Below, piece by piece: positions 1-10,803 of a DNA stretch of 64,000 bases. The translations under genes and the position numbers were made by a program. The DNA is from an uncultured Bacilli bacterium (lineage in GTDB: Bacteria; Bacillota_I; Bacilli_A; RF39; UBA660). Below the pieces are notes generated by a model. That model was not told where the DNA came from, did no database searches, and saw nothing but the letters and a program-made list of their open reading frames with translations. The stretch spans positions 4,108-68,107 of the forward strand of contig CAKOLT010000002.1 in assembly GCA_934096315.1 (NCBI GenBank), read 5' to 3'. Numbering within the stretch: the stretch's first letter is position 1; each line of letters opens with the position of its first letter.

Positions 1-108
1 GATTTAGCAGAAAGTACTCTTCAGGGTAAATTAGAAGAATTACATAACACAAAAATAAAAATAATAGTTACAACTCAAAATAAGGAAACGGAGCTAGTAG
101 AAATATGA
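1..108 (+). CDS. 3' end of an unidentified CDS entering from upstream (partial)
   Basis: Frame 1 is open from the window edge to TGA at 106-108 (...NKETELVEI*). The stop overlaps the rlmH ATG (ATGA). Too short to identify. Confidence 0.3.
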   Translation, partial: DLAESTLQGKLEELHNTKIKIIVTTQNKETELVEI

Positions 109-539
109 TAAAAATAATAGCAATTGGCAAACTAAAGGAAAACTACTTAAAAGAAGCATGTCAAGATTATATACAAAGAATTAATAAGTATCATAAAATA
201 AATATTATAGAATTACCTGATACCAATATTATAAAAGAAAAAGAAGAAATAAAAAAACATATAGCCCCAAGAGACTATATAGTAACCTTAGAAATTGAAG
301 GAAAAAATCCCACTAGTCCAGAATTAGCACAAAAAATAGATAAAACATTTATTGATTATCCATGCATAACATTTGTAATAGGATCCTCAGAAGGTCTACA
401 TGATGAAATAAAAAAACTAAGTAATTATAATTTATCATTTTCTAACTTAACATTTCCACACGGACTATTTAGAATAATCCTACTAGAACAAATATATAGA
501 AGTTTTAAAATATTAAATGGGGAAACATATCATAAATAA
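105..539 (+). CDS. rlmH: 23S rRNA (pseudouridine1915-N3)-methyltransferase RlmH (SPOUT family)
   Basis: 144-aa ORF. The N-terminus is MIKIIAIGKLK. The C-terminal ...LSFSNLTFPHGLFRIILLEQIYRSF matches the conserved RlmH end as I remember it. Confidence 0.85.
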   Translation: MIKIIAIGKLKENYLKEACQDYIQRINKYHKINIIELPDTNIIKEKEEIKKHIAPRDYIVTLEIEGKNPTSPELAQKIDKTFIDYPCITFVIGSSEGLHDEIKKLSNYNLSFSNLTFPHGLFRIILLEQIYRSFKILNGETYHK

Positions 540-575
540 AAGCACTTTCCACACCTACTGTGGATAGTGCTTTTA
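538..575. terminator. bidirectional intrinsic terminator between rlmH and PFOR
   Basis: AGCACTTTCCACA (541-553) pairs with TGTGGATAGTGCT (559-571), a 13-bp stem with 1 mismatch. An A-run lies upstream and TTT downstream, between convergent genes. Confidence 0.6.
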
Positions 576-593
576 CATTACAGTTATCAACAG

Positions 594-3500
594 TTATTGT
601 TGATAACTTTTTTCAAGGCTTTTATAATAATTATATCTATTAATAGCCCATTTTTTTTGTTTGTCTAATAAAGATAAACTATCATCATTCAAATTATTAA
701 ATCTATTTTCCCCTTTTAAGAAATCACTATACAAATCAAAATCAACATCCTTAGAATCCATAATAAATTCATTATTCAGAGGATTATATCTAAAAGTAAG
801 GAAATAACCACATTTTGTAGCTAAATATGCATCACTCAAACTATGTTCCATTCCAGTCTTAATACCATGTTCAATACATGGAGCATAACAAATAATCATA
901 CTTGGGCCATTATAGCTACTAGCCTCTTGTAAAGCCTTAAGATATTGTTCTTTATCATAACCAATATTACAACAAGCAACATAAACATGAGGATAACTCA
1001 TAATTATTCTAGCAAGATCCTTTTTATAATTAACCTTTCCTCCTGCTGTAAATGAAGCAATAGATCCAATATTACTAGACTTCGAAGATTGACCTCCAGT
1101 ATTAGAATAAACCTCTGTATCAAGCACAAGCACATTAATATTATTATTAGTAGACATTACGTGATCAAGTCCTCCAAACCCAATATCATAGGCAAACCCA
1201 TCACCTCCAACTACCCACATACTCTTCGGAGTTATAAATTCCTTATATTCAAGAAGATACTTATGCTTATTATAATCTATATTCCTCATAACTTCCAAAC
1301 AAGTTTCAAAATCATTACAATTATTTAGCCATTTATCAAAAATTTCCTCTTTATTATTAATCATATATTCTTTAATTTTTTCCCTTTTATAATTTATTCC
1401 TGTAAGAATACCAAGACCAAACTCACTATTATCCTCAAATAAAGAATTAGCCCAAGACACAGAATATGGCATAGAAGGAACACTAGCCCCATATATAGAA
1501 GAACAACCAGTAGCATTTGCAATAATTAAATTATTGGAAAACATTTGTGTCAGATTTTTAATATATGGTGTTTCCCCACAACCACCACAAGCTCCACTAA
1601 ATTCAAATTTAGGCATAATAAAACCAATATTTCTAACATTCATAATTTTGCTATTAACACTTTCATTAATATTATTGGCAAGTAATTTATCAAAAACTTC
1701 TTGTTTAAATACATTTCTATCATAGTTTTTCATAACTAACGCTTTATTACCCATTTTTCCAGGACAATTATTAACACAAAGTCCACAACCAGTACAATCT
1801 TTATAGGATATACCAATCATATAGCCTTTTCCTTTAGGATTAATACAGGTAATTCCATCTTCAGTAACATCAGGAAGTACAAATGGTCTAATAACACCAT
1901 GAGGACATACAAAAGCACATCTATTACATTGTATACAATTCTCTTTTACCCAGCAAGGTACCACTTCTGCAATACCTCTCTTTTCATACTTACTATTACC
2001 ACCCTCAAAAATTCCACTATCCATATCTTTAAACACACTAACAGGAAGACTATCACCCTTTAAATTACTAATAACATCTTCAAATCTCATATCAATATTT
2101 TCGCTATATTTAATATTAACAAAATCCTTCGGAACTTCAATCTCTCTTAAATGATCAAGAGAAAGATCTACAATCTTATTATTAATAGCAATAACCTCTT
2201 CACCCTTATATTTAAAACGATTAATATTATGATCTTTAATAATCTTTTTAACACTATCAATATCAAGCTTATTTATAATTTTAAAAATACAAATTTCCAT
2301 ACAAGTACTAATCTTATTTTTAAGACCAATTCTATTAACTAAACCATAAGCATCTATAACAAATACTTTAATTTTCTTTTTTCCAAGTAAATATTTAGCT
2401 TTATTAGGTAAACTATTGATAAATTTATCACCATCAATATCAGTATTAACAATTAAAGTACCGCCATCCTTTATATTATCAAGAATATCATACTTATACA
2501 TATAACTATCCTTTGAAACTACAACTAAACAAGGGTTTTCAACATAATAAGCCCCTAGAATAGCATCATCACTTATCTTAATATGACTTCGGGTAACACC
2601 GCCACTTTTTTTAGAATCATATTGAAAATACCCTTGAACAAAACTATTAGTATTATCCCCAATAATCTTAATAATATCTTTAGAAGTTGAAACCATACCA
2701 TCAGAACCATACCCATATATTAAAAATTCTGTATTAGTATTATCCAATTTAAAACTATTATCAATAGGAATACTAAGGTTTGTAACATCATCATTAATAC
2801 CAACAGTAAAATTATGATGAGCATTATCACTATTAAGAAAATCAAAAACTGATTTAATATCTTTTGGAGTAACATTCTTAGAACTTAAACCATATCTTCC
2901 CCCAATAATCATAACATCATGATTTTTTAACACACCACATACATCCATATAAAGTGGTTCTCCAACACTACCAAACTCTTTAGTCCTATCTAGTACAGCA
3001 ATTCTTTTAACACTCTTAGGAATTACACTATTAAAGTACCCACTGCTAAAAGGTCTATATAAATGTACCTCAATTAAACCATACTTTTTACCATTTTTAT
3101 TAAGATAATTAATAGTTTCCCTAATAGTTCCACAAACAGATCCCATTGCAACAATTATACTATCAGCATTATCATCACCATAATAATTAAAAGGTTTATA
3201 ATTAGTTCCTGCAATATCATTAAATTTTTCCATATATTCATAAACTATACTTTTAGCATTATCATAATACATATTACGCACTTCTGTATTTTGAAAATAA
3301 ATATCTTCATTTTGTGCCGTACCTCTTGTATTAGGCTTATCAGGATTAATTCCCTTATTTCTAAAATTTTTAAGACAATCAAAATCAATAAGTTTGGCAA
3401 CTTCATCTTCATTAATTAATTTAATTTTATCAATCTGATGGCTTGTTCTAAATCCATCAAAAAAATTAATAAATGGAAGACTAGATTTAATTGCACTTAA

Positions 3501-3968
3501 ATGTGCAATATTAGCCATATGGTATGCTTCGCTTGGACTACTAGAGCAAAGCATACAAACTCCAGTATTACGAACAGCATAAATATCCTGATGATCTCCA
3601 AAAATAGAAAGAGCATGCGTAGATAAACTTCTCGCAGCAACATGTACAACTCCCGGAAGTAATTCCCCAGCCATCTTATAAAGAGTAGGAATCATAAGAA
3701 GAAGACCTTGACTCGCTGTATAAGTTGTAGCTAAACTTCCTCCCTGAAGTGCGCCATGAACAAGAGCAATAGCTCCAGCCTCACTTTGCATCTCTACAAC
3801 TTTAACTTTATTCCCAAAAAAATTATTTTTATTAGTATTAGAAATTACATCAACTTTTTCCGCCATTGGAGATGCAGGGGTAATCGGATAAATACCTGCT
3901 ATTTCTGTAAAATTATAAGAAACTATACCAACAGCTTCATTAGCATCCATAGTTTTATATTTAGTCAT
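594..3968 (-). CDS. nifJ: pyruvate:ferredoxin (flavodoxin) oxidoreductase (PFOR)
   Basis: 1124 aa, single chain. Two 4Fe-4S ferredoxin motifs (CIQCNRCAFVCPH, CTGCGLCVNNCP). TPP-binding region WVVGGDGFAYDIGFGGLDH. N-terminal MDANEAVGIVSYNFTEIAGIYPITPASPM is typical of PFOR. Confidence 0.92.
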   Translation of the reverse strand: MTKYKTMDANEAVGIVSYNFTEIAGIYPITPASPMAEKVDVISNTNKNNFFGNKVKVVEMQSEAGAIALVHGALQGGSLATTYTASQGLLLMIPTLYKMAGELLPGVVHVAARSLSTHALSIFGDHQDIYAVRNTGVCMLCSSSPSEAYHMANIAHLSAIKSSLPFINFFDGFRTSHQIDKIKLINEDEVAKLIDFDCLKNFRNKGINPDKPNTRGTAQNEDIYFQNTEVRNMYYDNAKSIVYEYMEKFNDIAGTNYKPFNYYGDDNADSIIVAMGSVCGTIRETINYLNKNGKKYGLIEVHLYRPFSSGYFNSVIPKSVKRIAVLDRTKEFGSVGEPLYMDVCGVLKNHDVMIIGGRYGLSSKNVTPKDIKSVFDFLNSDNAHHNFTVGINDDVTNLSIPIDNSFKLDNTNTEFLIYGYGSDGMVSTSKDIIKIIGDNTNSFVQGYFQYDSKKSGGVTRSHIKISDDAILGAYYVENPCLVVVSKDSYMYKYDILDNIKDGGTLIVNTDIDGDKFINSLPNKAKYLLGKKKIKVFVIDAYGLVNRIGLKNKISTCMEICIFKIINKLDIDSVKKIIKDHNINRFKYKGEEVIAINNKIVDLSLDHLREIEVPKDFVNIKYSENIDMRFEDVISNLKGDSLPVSVFKDMDSGIFEGGNSKYEKRGIAEVVPCWVKENCIQCNRCAFVCPHGVIRPFVLPDVTEDGITCINPKGKGYMIGISYKDCTGCGLCVNNCPGKMGNKALVMKNYDRNVFKQEVFDKLLANNINESVNSKIMNVRNIGFIMPKFEFSGACGGCGETPYIKNLTQMFSNNLIIANATGCSSIYGASVPSMPYSVSWANSLFEDNSEFGLGILTGINYKREKIKEYMINNKEEIFDKWLNNCNDFETCLEVMRNIDYNKHKYLLEYKEFITPKSMWVVGGDGFAYDIGFGGLDHVMSTNNNINVLVLDTEVYSNTGGQSSKSSNIGSIASFTAGGKVNYKKDLARIIMSYPHVYVACCNIGYDKEQYLKALQEASSYNGPSMIICYAPCIEHGIKTGMEHSLSDAYLATKCGYFLTFRYNPLNNEFIMDSKDVDFDLYSDFLKGENRFNNLNDDSLSLLDKQKKWAINRYNYYKSLEKSYQQ

Positions 3969-4036
3969 ATTTATTCACCTCACATTAATTATATTATATT
4001 TTTAACAATTTTACAAACAAAAAGAGATTATTTAAA

Positions 4037-4726
4037 TCAATCTCTATTATTACTAGCAAATATTAATACATACCTAAATATCTCCAAGAAAGTGGATAAA
4101 AGAGCAGCAACGTAAGTATAGGCAGCAGCCTTAAGCATTTTATTACTACCATCTAACTCTTCCCCAGAAAGAATATTTAAATTATCTAACTCTCTCTTCC
4201 CTCTTCTCGAAGCATCAAACTCAACAGGCAAAGTAACAAGTTGAAATACTAACATCGCAATTAGTAAAATGATTCCTATAAGCATCCAATCCATCATCCA
4301 GAATATTAAACCAACCCCAATGACAATATATCCAAGTTTAGTAGATAAATTAACAAAAGGAACAAGCATAGATCTAATTCTCATAAAAGAATATCCTTCT
4401 TTATCTTGAATAGCATGACCGCATTCATGTGCAGCTACACCATTAGAAGCTACTGTGGAACCATGAAAAATATCACTAGACAATCTAACTACCTTTCTTT
4501 TAGGATCATAATGATCTGTAAGTTGTCCCTTAACTTCAACAACATGAACATCTTTAAGTCCATTTTTATCAAGTATTTTTCTAGCAACATCAAACCCACT
4601 CATACCTCTTCTAGTTTGAACTGACTTATATTTTTTATAATTAAAACTTATAAATATTTGTGCAACAACTGTTATTAAAAAACCAATTAAAGGCAAAATA
4701 TAATACCAATAAATACTATTTTCCAC
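4037..4726 (-). CDS. membrane zinc metallopeptidase, YugP / Zn_peptidase_2 family
   Basis: HECGH zinc motif, LTDHYDP motif, N-terminal and central TM helices, 229 aa. Confidence 0.8.
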   Translation of the reverse strand: MENSIYWYYILPLIGFLITVVAQIFISFNYKKYKSVQTRRGMSGFDVARKILDKNGLKDVHVVEVKGQLTDHYDPKRKVVRLSSDIFHGSTVASNGVAAHECGHAIQDKEGYSFMRIRSMLVPFVNLSTKLGYIVIGVGLIFWMMDWMLIGIILLIAMLVFQLVTLPVEFDASRRGKRELDNLNILSGEELDGSNKMLKAAAYTYVAALLSTFLEIFRYVLIFASNNRD

Positions 4727-4736
4727 TTTTTATCAC

Positions 4737-6137
4737 CTATCCTATCTTATAAATAGTGCCCTCTCTAGTATCCTTAATAATAATACCCTTACTATTAAGT
4801 TCTTCTCTTATACTATCGGCCTTATCATATTCTTTATTTTCTTTATAAATTCTTCTTTTTTCAATCATATCTAAAATATATTTTTCTAAATCACTATCAA
4901 TATCATCATCTGCATGCTTAAGTAAATCTAAAGAAAGTACACTATCAAAGTCTTTAACTAAATATAATTTACTCTCATCATTAAGAGATTTATCCTTAAG
5001 CATATCATAGAGTACCGTAAGGGCACTGGCAGTATTAAGATCATCATTCAAACAATCTTTAAATTTACTTTTATATATACTAACTAAATTATTATCAATC
5101 TTATTATTGTTATCATTAAGTTCTAAAATTTTAGCTTTAAGTTTATTATAACTATTATTAGTATTATCCAAAGCTTCAAAAGAAAACTCTAAAGTCTTTC
5201 TATAATGGCTTTGTAAACAAAACAGCCTATAAACTAAAGGATTGTACCCTTTTTCAATAAGTAAATCAAGTGTTAAAAAATCACCCCTACTTTTACTCAT
5301 TTTTCCAGACTTATCATTCAAATGTTCTGAATGAAACCACCAATTACACCATTTTTTGCCAGTATAACTTTCACTTTGAGCAATTTCATTAGTATGATGT
5401 GGAAAAATATTATCAACTCCCCCACAATGAATATCAAGTGTATCCCCTAAATACTTCATTGAAATACAAGAACATTCAATATGCCATCCTGGATATCCAA
5501 CACCCCACGGACTATCCCATTTAAGTTCCTGGTTAAGAAATTTCGATTTTGTAAACCAAAGAACAAAGTCAGTCTTATTTTTTTTATTTCCATCTTCTAA
5601 AACATCATCTCTTACCCCTACTAACAAAGAATCAGCATCATGATTTGTTAGTTTATAGTAATTATCTAATTTAGAAGTATCAAAATAAACATTATCCCCA
5701 CTGATATAAGCATATCCCTTTTCTAGTAATTTACTTATAACCTTAATATACTCATCAATTTCTTTAGTAGCAGGAATTACCGTCTCAGGCCATTTAATGT
5801 TAAGTCTTTTACAATCATTTTTAAAATGATCAGTATAAAACTCTGCAATTTCCATAACACTTTTATGTTCTCTCAAGGCACCCTTTAACATTTTATCTTC
5901 TCCGCTGTCAGCATCACTAGTTAAATGACCAACATCAGTAATATTCATAACCCTTTTAACATTATAACCATTATAAACAAAAACTTTTTCAAGAATATCT
6001 TCCATAATATAAGTTCTAAGATTCCCAATATGAGCAAAATGATACACAGTTGGACCACATGTATACATCTTAACAGTGTTTCCGCAAATAGCAGTAAACT
6101 CAGAAATATCCCTTGTTAAAGTATTATATAATCTCAT
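4737..6137 (-). CDS. cysS: cysteine--tRNA ligase
   Basis: Class I HIGH (FAHIGNLRTY) and KMSKS motifs; CGPTVY. I place the start at ATG 6137 (MRLYNTLTR...), which is preceded by GGGGGAG. The track start at 6185 would overlap gltX by 38 nt. Confidence 0.92.
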   Translation of the reverse strand: MRLYNTLTRDISEFTAICGNTVKMYTCGPTVYHFAHIGNLRTYIMEDILEKVFVYNGYNVKRVMNITDVGHLTSDADSGEDKMLKGALREHKSVMEIAEFYTDHFKNDCKRLNIKWPETVIPATKEIDEYIKVISKLLEKGYAYISGDNVYFDTSKLDNYYKLTNHDADSLLVGVRDDVLEDGNKKNKTDFVLWFTKSKFLNQELKWDSPWGVGYPGWHIECSCISMKYLGDTLDIHCGGVDNIFPHHTNEIAQSESYTGKKWCNWWFHSEHLNDKSGKMSKSRGDFLTLDLLIEKGYNPLVYRLFCLQSHYRKTLEFSFEALDNTNNSYNKLKAKILELNDNNNKIDNNLVSIYKSKFKDCLNDDLNTASALTVLYDMLKDKSLNDESKLYLVKDFDSVLSLDLLKHADDDIDSDLEKYILDMIEKRRIYKENKEYDKADSIREELNSKGIIIKDTREGTIYKIG

Positions 6138-6147
6138 CTCTCTCCCC

Positions 6148-7575
6148 CTAACTATTAAGCCTTTCTTTAATTCTATCTTCTCCAATTAAATATATACATT
6201 TACTAAGTTCTGGTCCATGCATAATACCAGTACATTTAATTCTGATAGGCATAAACAACAGTTTTCCTTTTACTGCAAGACCATCTTTAGTATTATTAAT
6301 TGCTTTTTCTATGTTATCAATATTCCATATAGTGATGTTATTTATTTCATTTTTAAAAAATCTGATAACATTACCTACTCCATCTTCATTCATAAACTCC
6401 TTACAATCTTGGTCTAAAACATATTCATCATTAAAGAAAATTTTTGCAAGCGTAACAATTTCCTTTCCATATTTAAGCTCCTTTTGATATAAAGTAAGTA
6501 AAGTATTAATCCACTCTTCACTCTTGCTACTAATATCATATGCCTCACTTAAAAAAGGTAAACATAACTTTCTCAAACCATCAATATTTAATTTCTTTAT
6601 ATATTCATGATTAACCCATTCTAATTTTTTAATATCATAACTACTTGGACTCTTACCAATTCTTTTTGGATCAAACTCTTTAATAAGTTCTTCCATACTA
6701 AATATTTCATTATTATTACTAGGACTCCATCCTAATAAAACAAGATAATTAACAATTGCCTCTGGTAAAAATCCCATATTATATAAATCCATAAAGTTAG
6801 CATCACCATTTCTTTTAGAAAGCTTTGTTCCATCTTCCCCAAGTACCATAGCAACATGAATATAAACAGGTTTTTCCCATCCAAAAGAATCATACAGTAA
6901 ATTATATTTAGCAGTTTGATCTAAATATTCCTTTCCCCTAATAACATGAGTAATTTTCATCAAATGGTCATCAATTACATTAGCAAAGTTATAAGTAGGA
7001 TAACCATCAGATTTAATTAGAATCTGATCTTCAAGTACATTATTATCAATTTTAATTTTACCATACACAATATCATCAATAACAGTATACCCATCCTTTG
7101 GCATAGCCTGTCTAATAACAAACTTTTCACCATTACTAATTCTTTTCTCTATCTCATCCTTACTAAGGTTTTTACACTTACCATTATACATATAAGGAAC
7201 ATTTCTTTTACTTGCTATATCTCTTTGCCTATTAAGCTCATCCTCAGAACAAAAACAGTAATAAGCTTTGCCTTCTGAAACCAATTTTTTAGCATAATCA
7301 ATATATATATCTTTACGCATACTTTGTACATATGGGCCATATTCACCAGGATTTTCTGGTCCCTCATCAATTTCAAAACCACATAGTTTTAAAGTATCAT
7401 AAATAAACTTAGTAGCACCTTCAACTTCTCTTTCTTTATCAGTATCTTCAATTCTAAGTATAAACTTACCACCTGCATTTTTTGCAGTCAGATATTCAAA
7501 AATTGCAGTCCTTAGGTTACCAATATGCATATACCCCGTTGGACTCGGTGCAAATCTAGTTCTAACGTTACTCAT
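6148..7575 (-). CDS. gltX: glutamate--tRNA ligase
   Basis: RFAPSPTGYMHIGNLRTA (HIGH) and KLSKR motifs; 475 aa. The TAG stop lies 10 nt before the cysS ATG. Confidence 0.92.
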   Translation of the reverse strand: MSNVRTRFAPSPTGYMHIGNLRTAIFEYLTAKNAGGKFILRIEDTDKEREVEGATKFIYDTLKLCGFEIDEGPENPGEYGPYVQSMRKDIYIDYAKKLVSEGKAYYCFCSEDELNRQRDIASKRNVPYMYNGKCKNLSKDEIEKRISNGEKFVIRQAMPKDGYTVIDDIVYGKIKIDNNVLEDQILIKSDGYPTYNFANVIDDHLMKITHVIRGKEYLDQTAKYNLLYDSFGWEKPVYIHVAMVLGEDGTKLSKRNGDANFMDLYNMGFLPEAIVNYLVLLGWSPSNNNEIFSMEELIKEFDPKRIGKSPSSYDIKKLEWVNHEYIKKLNIDGLRKLCLPFLSEAYDISSKSEEWINTLLTLYQKELKYGKEIVTLAKIFFNDEYVLDQDCKEFMNEDGVGNVIRFFKNEINNITIWNIDNIEKAINNTKDGLAVKGKLLFMPIRIKCTGIMHGPELSKCIYLIGEDRIKERLNS

Positions 7576-7815
7576 AGTAACACCTCCATATGCAATAATT
7601 ATATCAAAAAAATGAAATAAAATCTATATAATTATATAACTAAATTGTGAAATTAATGTGATATTTATCCACTTAAAGTGGCTATTTAATATATATTAAA
7701 AATAAAATTTTTTAATAGTTACTAAAAGATAATAAAGTTTTTAAAATAATATAAAGCAATTATCTTTAAATAAATAGGAAATTATGATAAAATATACAAA
7801 AAGGAGAATTCATGC

Positions 7816-10032
7816 ATGAAAACAGAATTACTATCACCCGTTGGGAATAAAGAAATGCTATATCAAGTAATTCATAATGGAGCAGACGCTGTATATCTAG
7901 CAGGCACAAACTATGGAGCCAGAAAATATGCCCAAAATTTTACAAATGAAGAATTAAAAGAAGCTGTCAACTATGCACACTTATATAATGTAAAAGTGTA
8001 TGTAACCATAAACACAATGATTTATGAAGAAGAAGTACAAGAATTATTAGAATACGTTAAATATCTTCAAGAGATAAATGTTGATGCACTTATCATATCT
8101 GATATTGGAATGATAAATTTAATTCACCACATATATCCCAATATGGACATGCATGCTTCTACCCAATGCCATATACAAAACAAAGATTCCGTAGAATATT
8201 ATAAAAAATTAGGAACTACACGGGTCGTATTTGCCAGAGAGACATCAATAGATACTATAAAAAGTATCCCAGATAACATAGAAAAAGAAATATTTATCCA
8301 CGGAGCACTATGTATTTGTTATTCGGGATGTTGCCTATTTAGTAGCATTACTACAGAAAGAAGTGGTAACAGAGGATCGTGTACCGCCCCATGTCGAAAA
8401 AAATACAATTTAGTAAAAGATGGAACACCAATAATGACAAAAGGAAAATATTTATTAAGTACAAAAGACCTAAATACTACATCCAAAATAAACGAAATAC
8501 TAGAACTTTCGCCAGCTTGTTTAAAAATAGAGGGCCGTATGAAGTCACCCCAATATGTGGGGTATGTTACTAGTATATATCGAAAACTAATAGATAACTA
8601 TTACCAAAATAAAAATATTGCTACGACTAATGAAGAAAATAAAAATTTAAAGAAATTGTATAACAGAAAATTTACAACGGGATATCTTTTTAATGACCAT
8701 ATTCTAAATCCATACATTCCAAACAACAACGGCGTGCATATTGGAAATGTAGTGGATATAAATAAAAAATATATTAAAATAAAATTAATAGATGAGTTAA
8801 ATCAGGAAGACGGACTAAAGTTTTTTCCATCTGATAAAGGACTAATAGTAAATAAACTATATAATAACAACTATAAACTAATAAATTCATCTAAAGCAAA
8901 CGACATAATATATATAGAAAACAAAATTGATTTAATAACAAAAGATAAAGTATTAAAAACAATAGATAAAAAATTAAATAAATCTTTGGAAAAAATAAAT
9001 CCTAAAAAAATACCTATTGATATAACACTAGATGCTTATTTAAACGAACGTGCAGTTATAACATTAATACATGATAAAATTAAAATATCAGTAACAAGCC
9101 CCACAGTCATTGAAAAAGCATTAACAAAAGAGACAAAGAAAGAAGAAATAATAAAACAATTAATAAAGTTAGGAGACACACCATATTATCCCAATCAAAT
9201 AAAAATAAATATAGATAACAATATATTTATACCAATGGGAATAATAAATAGTTTAAGAAGAGAGGCAATAAGCAAAATCAATAAAGAACGTTTAGAAAAT
9301 CATAGAGAAAAAATAATAAATACATATAAATTGCCATCTGCACAAATGGCACCACCGCAAAAAAATACAATAAGCATGTTAATAAGAAATAAAGAACAAC
9401 TAGAAACAGCAGTAAATTTAAAAATTGACAATATTTATACAGAAGATTACAAACTATATCAAAAATATAAAAACAGTATTAACATATATTACAAAATTTC
9501 AAGAATAGAAGACACATACCCACAATTTACAAATGAAAAAATCATGGTATCAGATTATGGAGCCTTCAATCATTATAAAGATAGTAACACAGTTATTACA
9601 GATTACACAATGAATATTGCCAATAACCCCTCTGCCATCTTACTAGATAATCAGGGAGCAAAAAAAATAACTCTATCAATTGAACTAAACATATCACAAA
9701 TCAAAAATATAAGTAATAAAATAAACACAGAAATAGTAATTTATGGAACACCAGAACTAATGGTAATAAAACCTAATTTAATAAATGAATACACAAATAA
9801 TAATGAAAAAAGTAAATACTATTTAAATGAGAATAATAAATATTATCAGATAATAATAAAAAACAATCACACATACATATATAATTACAAACCAGTAGAT
9901 AAAATAAATGAGATAAAAACCCTAATAAAATATGGTATTAAAAATTATCGTATAGATTTATTAGACGAAAAACCAGAAGAAATAAAGAAAATAATACACA
10001 AAATAAGAAAGGAATTAAATAATAATGAATAA
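7816..10032 (+). CDS. peptidase U32 family protein (long form with C-terminal extension)
   Basis: N-terminal ELLSPVGNKEMLYQVIHNGADAVYLAG...GARKYA. Cys-rich CICYSGCCLFSS...GNRGSCTAPCR, typical of U32/PrtC-like proteins. 738 aa. Confidence 0.8.
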   Translation: MKTELLSPVGNKEMLYQVIHNGADAVYLAGTNYGARKYAQNFTNEELKEAVNYAHLYNVKVYVTINTMIYEEEVQELLEYVKYLQEINVDALIISDIGMINLIHHIYPNMDMHASTQCHIQNKDSVEYYKKLGTTRVVFARETSIDTIKSIPDNIEKEIFIHGALCICYSGCCLFSSITTERSGNRGSCTAPCRKKYNLVKDGTPIMTKGKYLLSTKDLNTTSKINEILELSPACLKIEGRMKSPQYVGYVTSIYRKLIDNYYQNKNIATTNEENKNLKKLYNRKFTTGYLFNDHILNPYIPNNNGVHIGNVVDINKKYIKIKLIDELNQEDGLKFFPSDKGLIVNKLYNNNYKLINSSKANDIIYIENKIDLITKDKVLKTIDKKLNKSLEKINPKKIPIDITLDAYLNERAVITLIHDKIKISVTSPTVIEKALTKETKKEEIIKQLIKLGDTPYYPNQIKINIDNNIFIPMGIINSLRREAISKINKERLENHREKIINTYKLPSAQMAPPQKNTISMLIRNKEQLETAVNLKIDNIYTEDYKLYQKYKNSINIYYKISRIEDTYPQFTNEKIMVSDYGAFNHYKDSNTVITDYTMNIANNPSAILLDNQGAKKITLSIELNISQIKNISNKINTEIVIYGTPELMVIKPNLINEYTNNNEKSKYYLNENNKYYQIIIKNNHTYIYNYKPVDKINEIKTLIKYGIKNYRIDLLDEKPEEIKKIIHKIRKELNNNE

Positions 10033-10570
10033 AGGAAAATTTATAGTAATATCAGGACCAAGTGGAGTAGGCAAAGGAACAATTGTAGAACAATTAAAAA
10101 AATTACTTCCTATTCACTATTCAGTATCAATGACCACAAGACCACCTAGAGAGGGGGAACAAGATAAAATAAATTATTATTTTGTCACAAAGGAAGAATT
10201 TCAAAAACAAATAGAACAAGGAAATCTATTAGAGTATGCTATTTATAACAATAATTACTATGGAACTCCAAAAGATAAAATAGAAGAAAAATTAAATCAT
10301 GGCATTAATGTAATAAGTGAAATAGAAATTCAAGGAGCACTACAAATAAAAAAAATATATCCAGAAGCGGTACTAATATTTATTGCACCCCCAAGTATAG
10401 AAGAGTTGAAAAAAAGGTTAATAAGCCGTGGAACGGAAACAAAAGAAAAAATAGAGCAAAGAATTAACATAGCCAAAGAAGAATTAAAGCAATCCATTAT
10501 TTATGACCATATAATTACAAACTATGATGTAGATGTTGCTACAGAAGAAATATACGATATATTGAAATAA
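10025..10570 (+). CDS. gmk: guanylate kinase
   Basis: P-loop GPSGVGKGT, SMTTRPPREGE, YYGTPK. 181 aa. The start overlaps the U32 stop by 8 nt. Confidence 0.93.
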   Translation: MNKGKFIVISGPSGVGKGTIVEQLKKLLPIHYSVSMTTRPPREGEQDKINYYFVTKEEFQKQIEQGNLLEYAIYNNNYYGTPKDKIEEKLNHGINVISEIEIQGALQIKKIYPEAVLIFIAPPSIEELKKRLISRGTETKEKIEQRINIAKEELKQSIIYDHIITNYDVDVATEEIYDILK

Positions 10571-10736
10571 AAAAGTCTAAAAATTAGAAAATGATAACAA
10601 CTAGTTACCTTCTGATACGTTTAATGTAAAAAACATTACAAATAACGGGAAAGCAGGAATATTTAAATAAAGTGTGATATCATTAAGTCACAACATAAAA
10701 GTGCAAGCAATGTCGAAAAGAGTCGACCCAAAATAC

Positions 10737-10766
10737 TTGCATTTAAGAGTAAACTCGATGTATAAT
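10737..10766 (+). promoter_or_regulatory. sigma-A-like promoter for the cold-shock gene
   Basis: TTGCAT (10737-10742), 18-nt spacer, TATAAT (10761-10766). Confidence 0.5.
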
Positions 10767-10803
10767 ATAACCGTAATGGATTACAGATTGTGAGGTGGAT
10801 GTT

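Noticed and set aside
541-575. The terminator hairpins at 541-575 and 37822-37844 share the 10-mer ACTGTGGATA. I considered a dispersed REP-like repeat family.
   Set aside because: There are only two copies and the shared part is short. A 10-mer match between two sites in 64 kb is expected many times by chance. Both are adequately explained as ordinary terminators.
1089-4115. Plus-strand ORFs inside or overlapping the PFOR gene. Similar short opposite-strand ORFs occur throughout the track inside cysS, gltX, U32, lysS, recA, ftsY, cadA, ger genes and others.
   Set aside because: They show the same shadow-ORF signature (I/N/K/F-rich nonsense). Each is fully embedded in a confidently identified gene on the other strand.
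6138-6185. Apparent 38-nt overlap between gltX and cysS in the ORF track.
   Set aside because: This is an artefact of extending cysS to the first upstream ATG. The conserved CysS N-terminus (MRLYNTLTR) starts at ATG 6137, right after a GGGGGAG SD and 10 nt after the gltX stop.
7576-7815. Looked for T-box leaders upstream of gltX (and of cysS and lysS).
   Set aside because: There is no T-box consensus (…GGUGGUACCGCG…) or specifier/terminator architecture. The gltX promoter (TGATATAAT) sits only ~25 nt from the SD, and lysS and cysS have almost no upstream spacer.
10571-10736. A ~165-nt non-coding stretch lies between gmk and the csp promoter, with small hairpins (TAATGT/ACATTA, GTCGA/TCGAC). 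I considered a riboswitch, an sRNA or a missing rpoZ.
   Set aside because: I recognise no conserved riboswitch core. There is no ORF with an SD (the best is 13 codons). The hairpins are short. Worth an Rfam scan, but nothing supportable from sequence alone.
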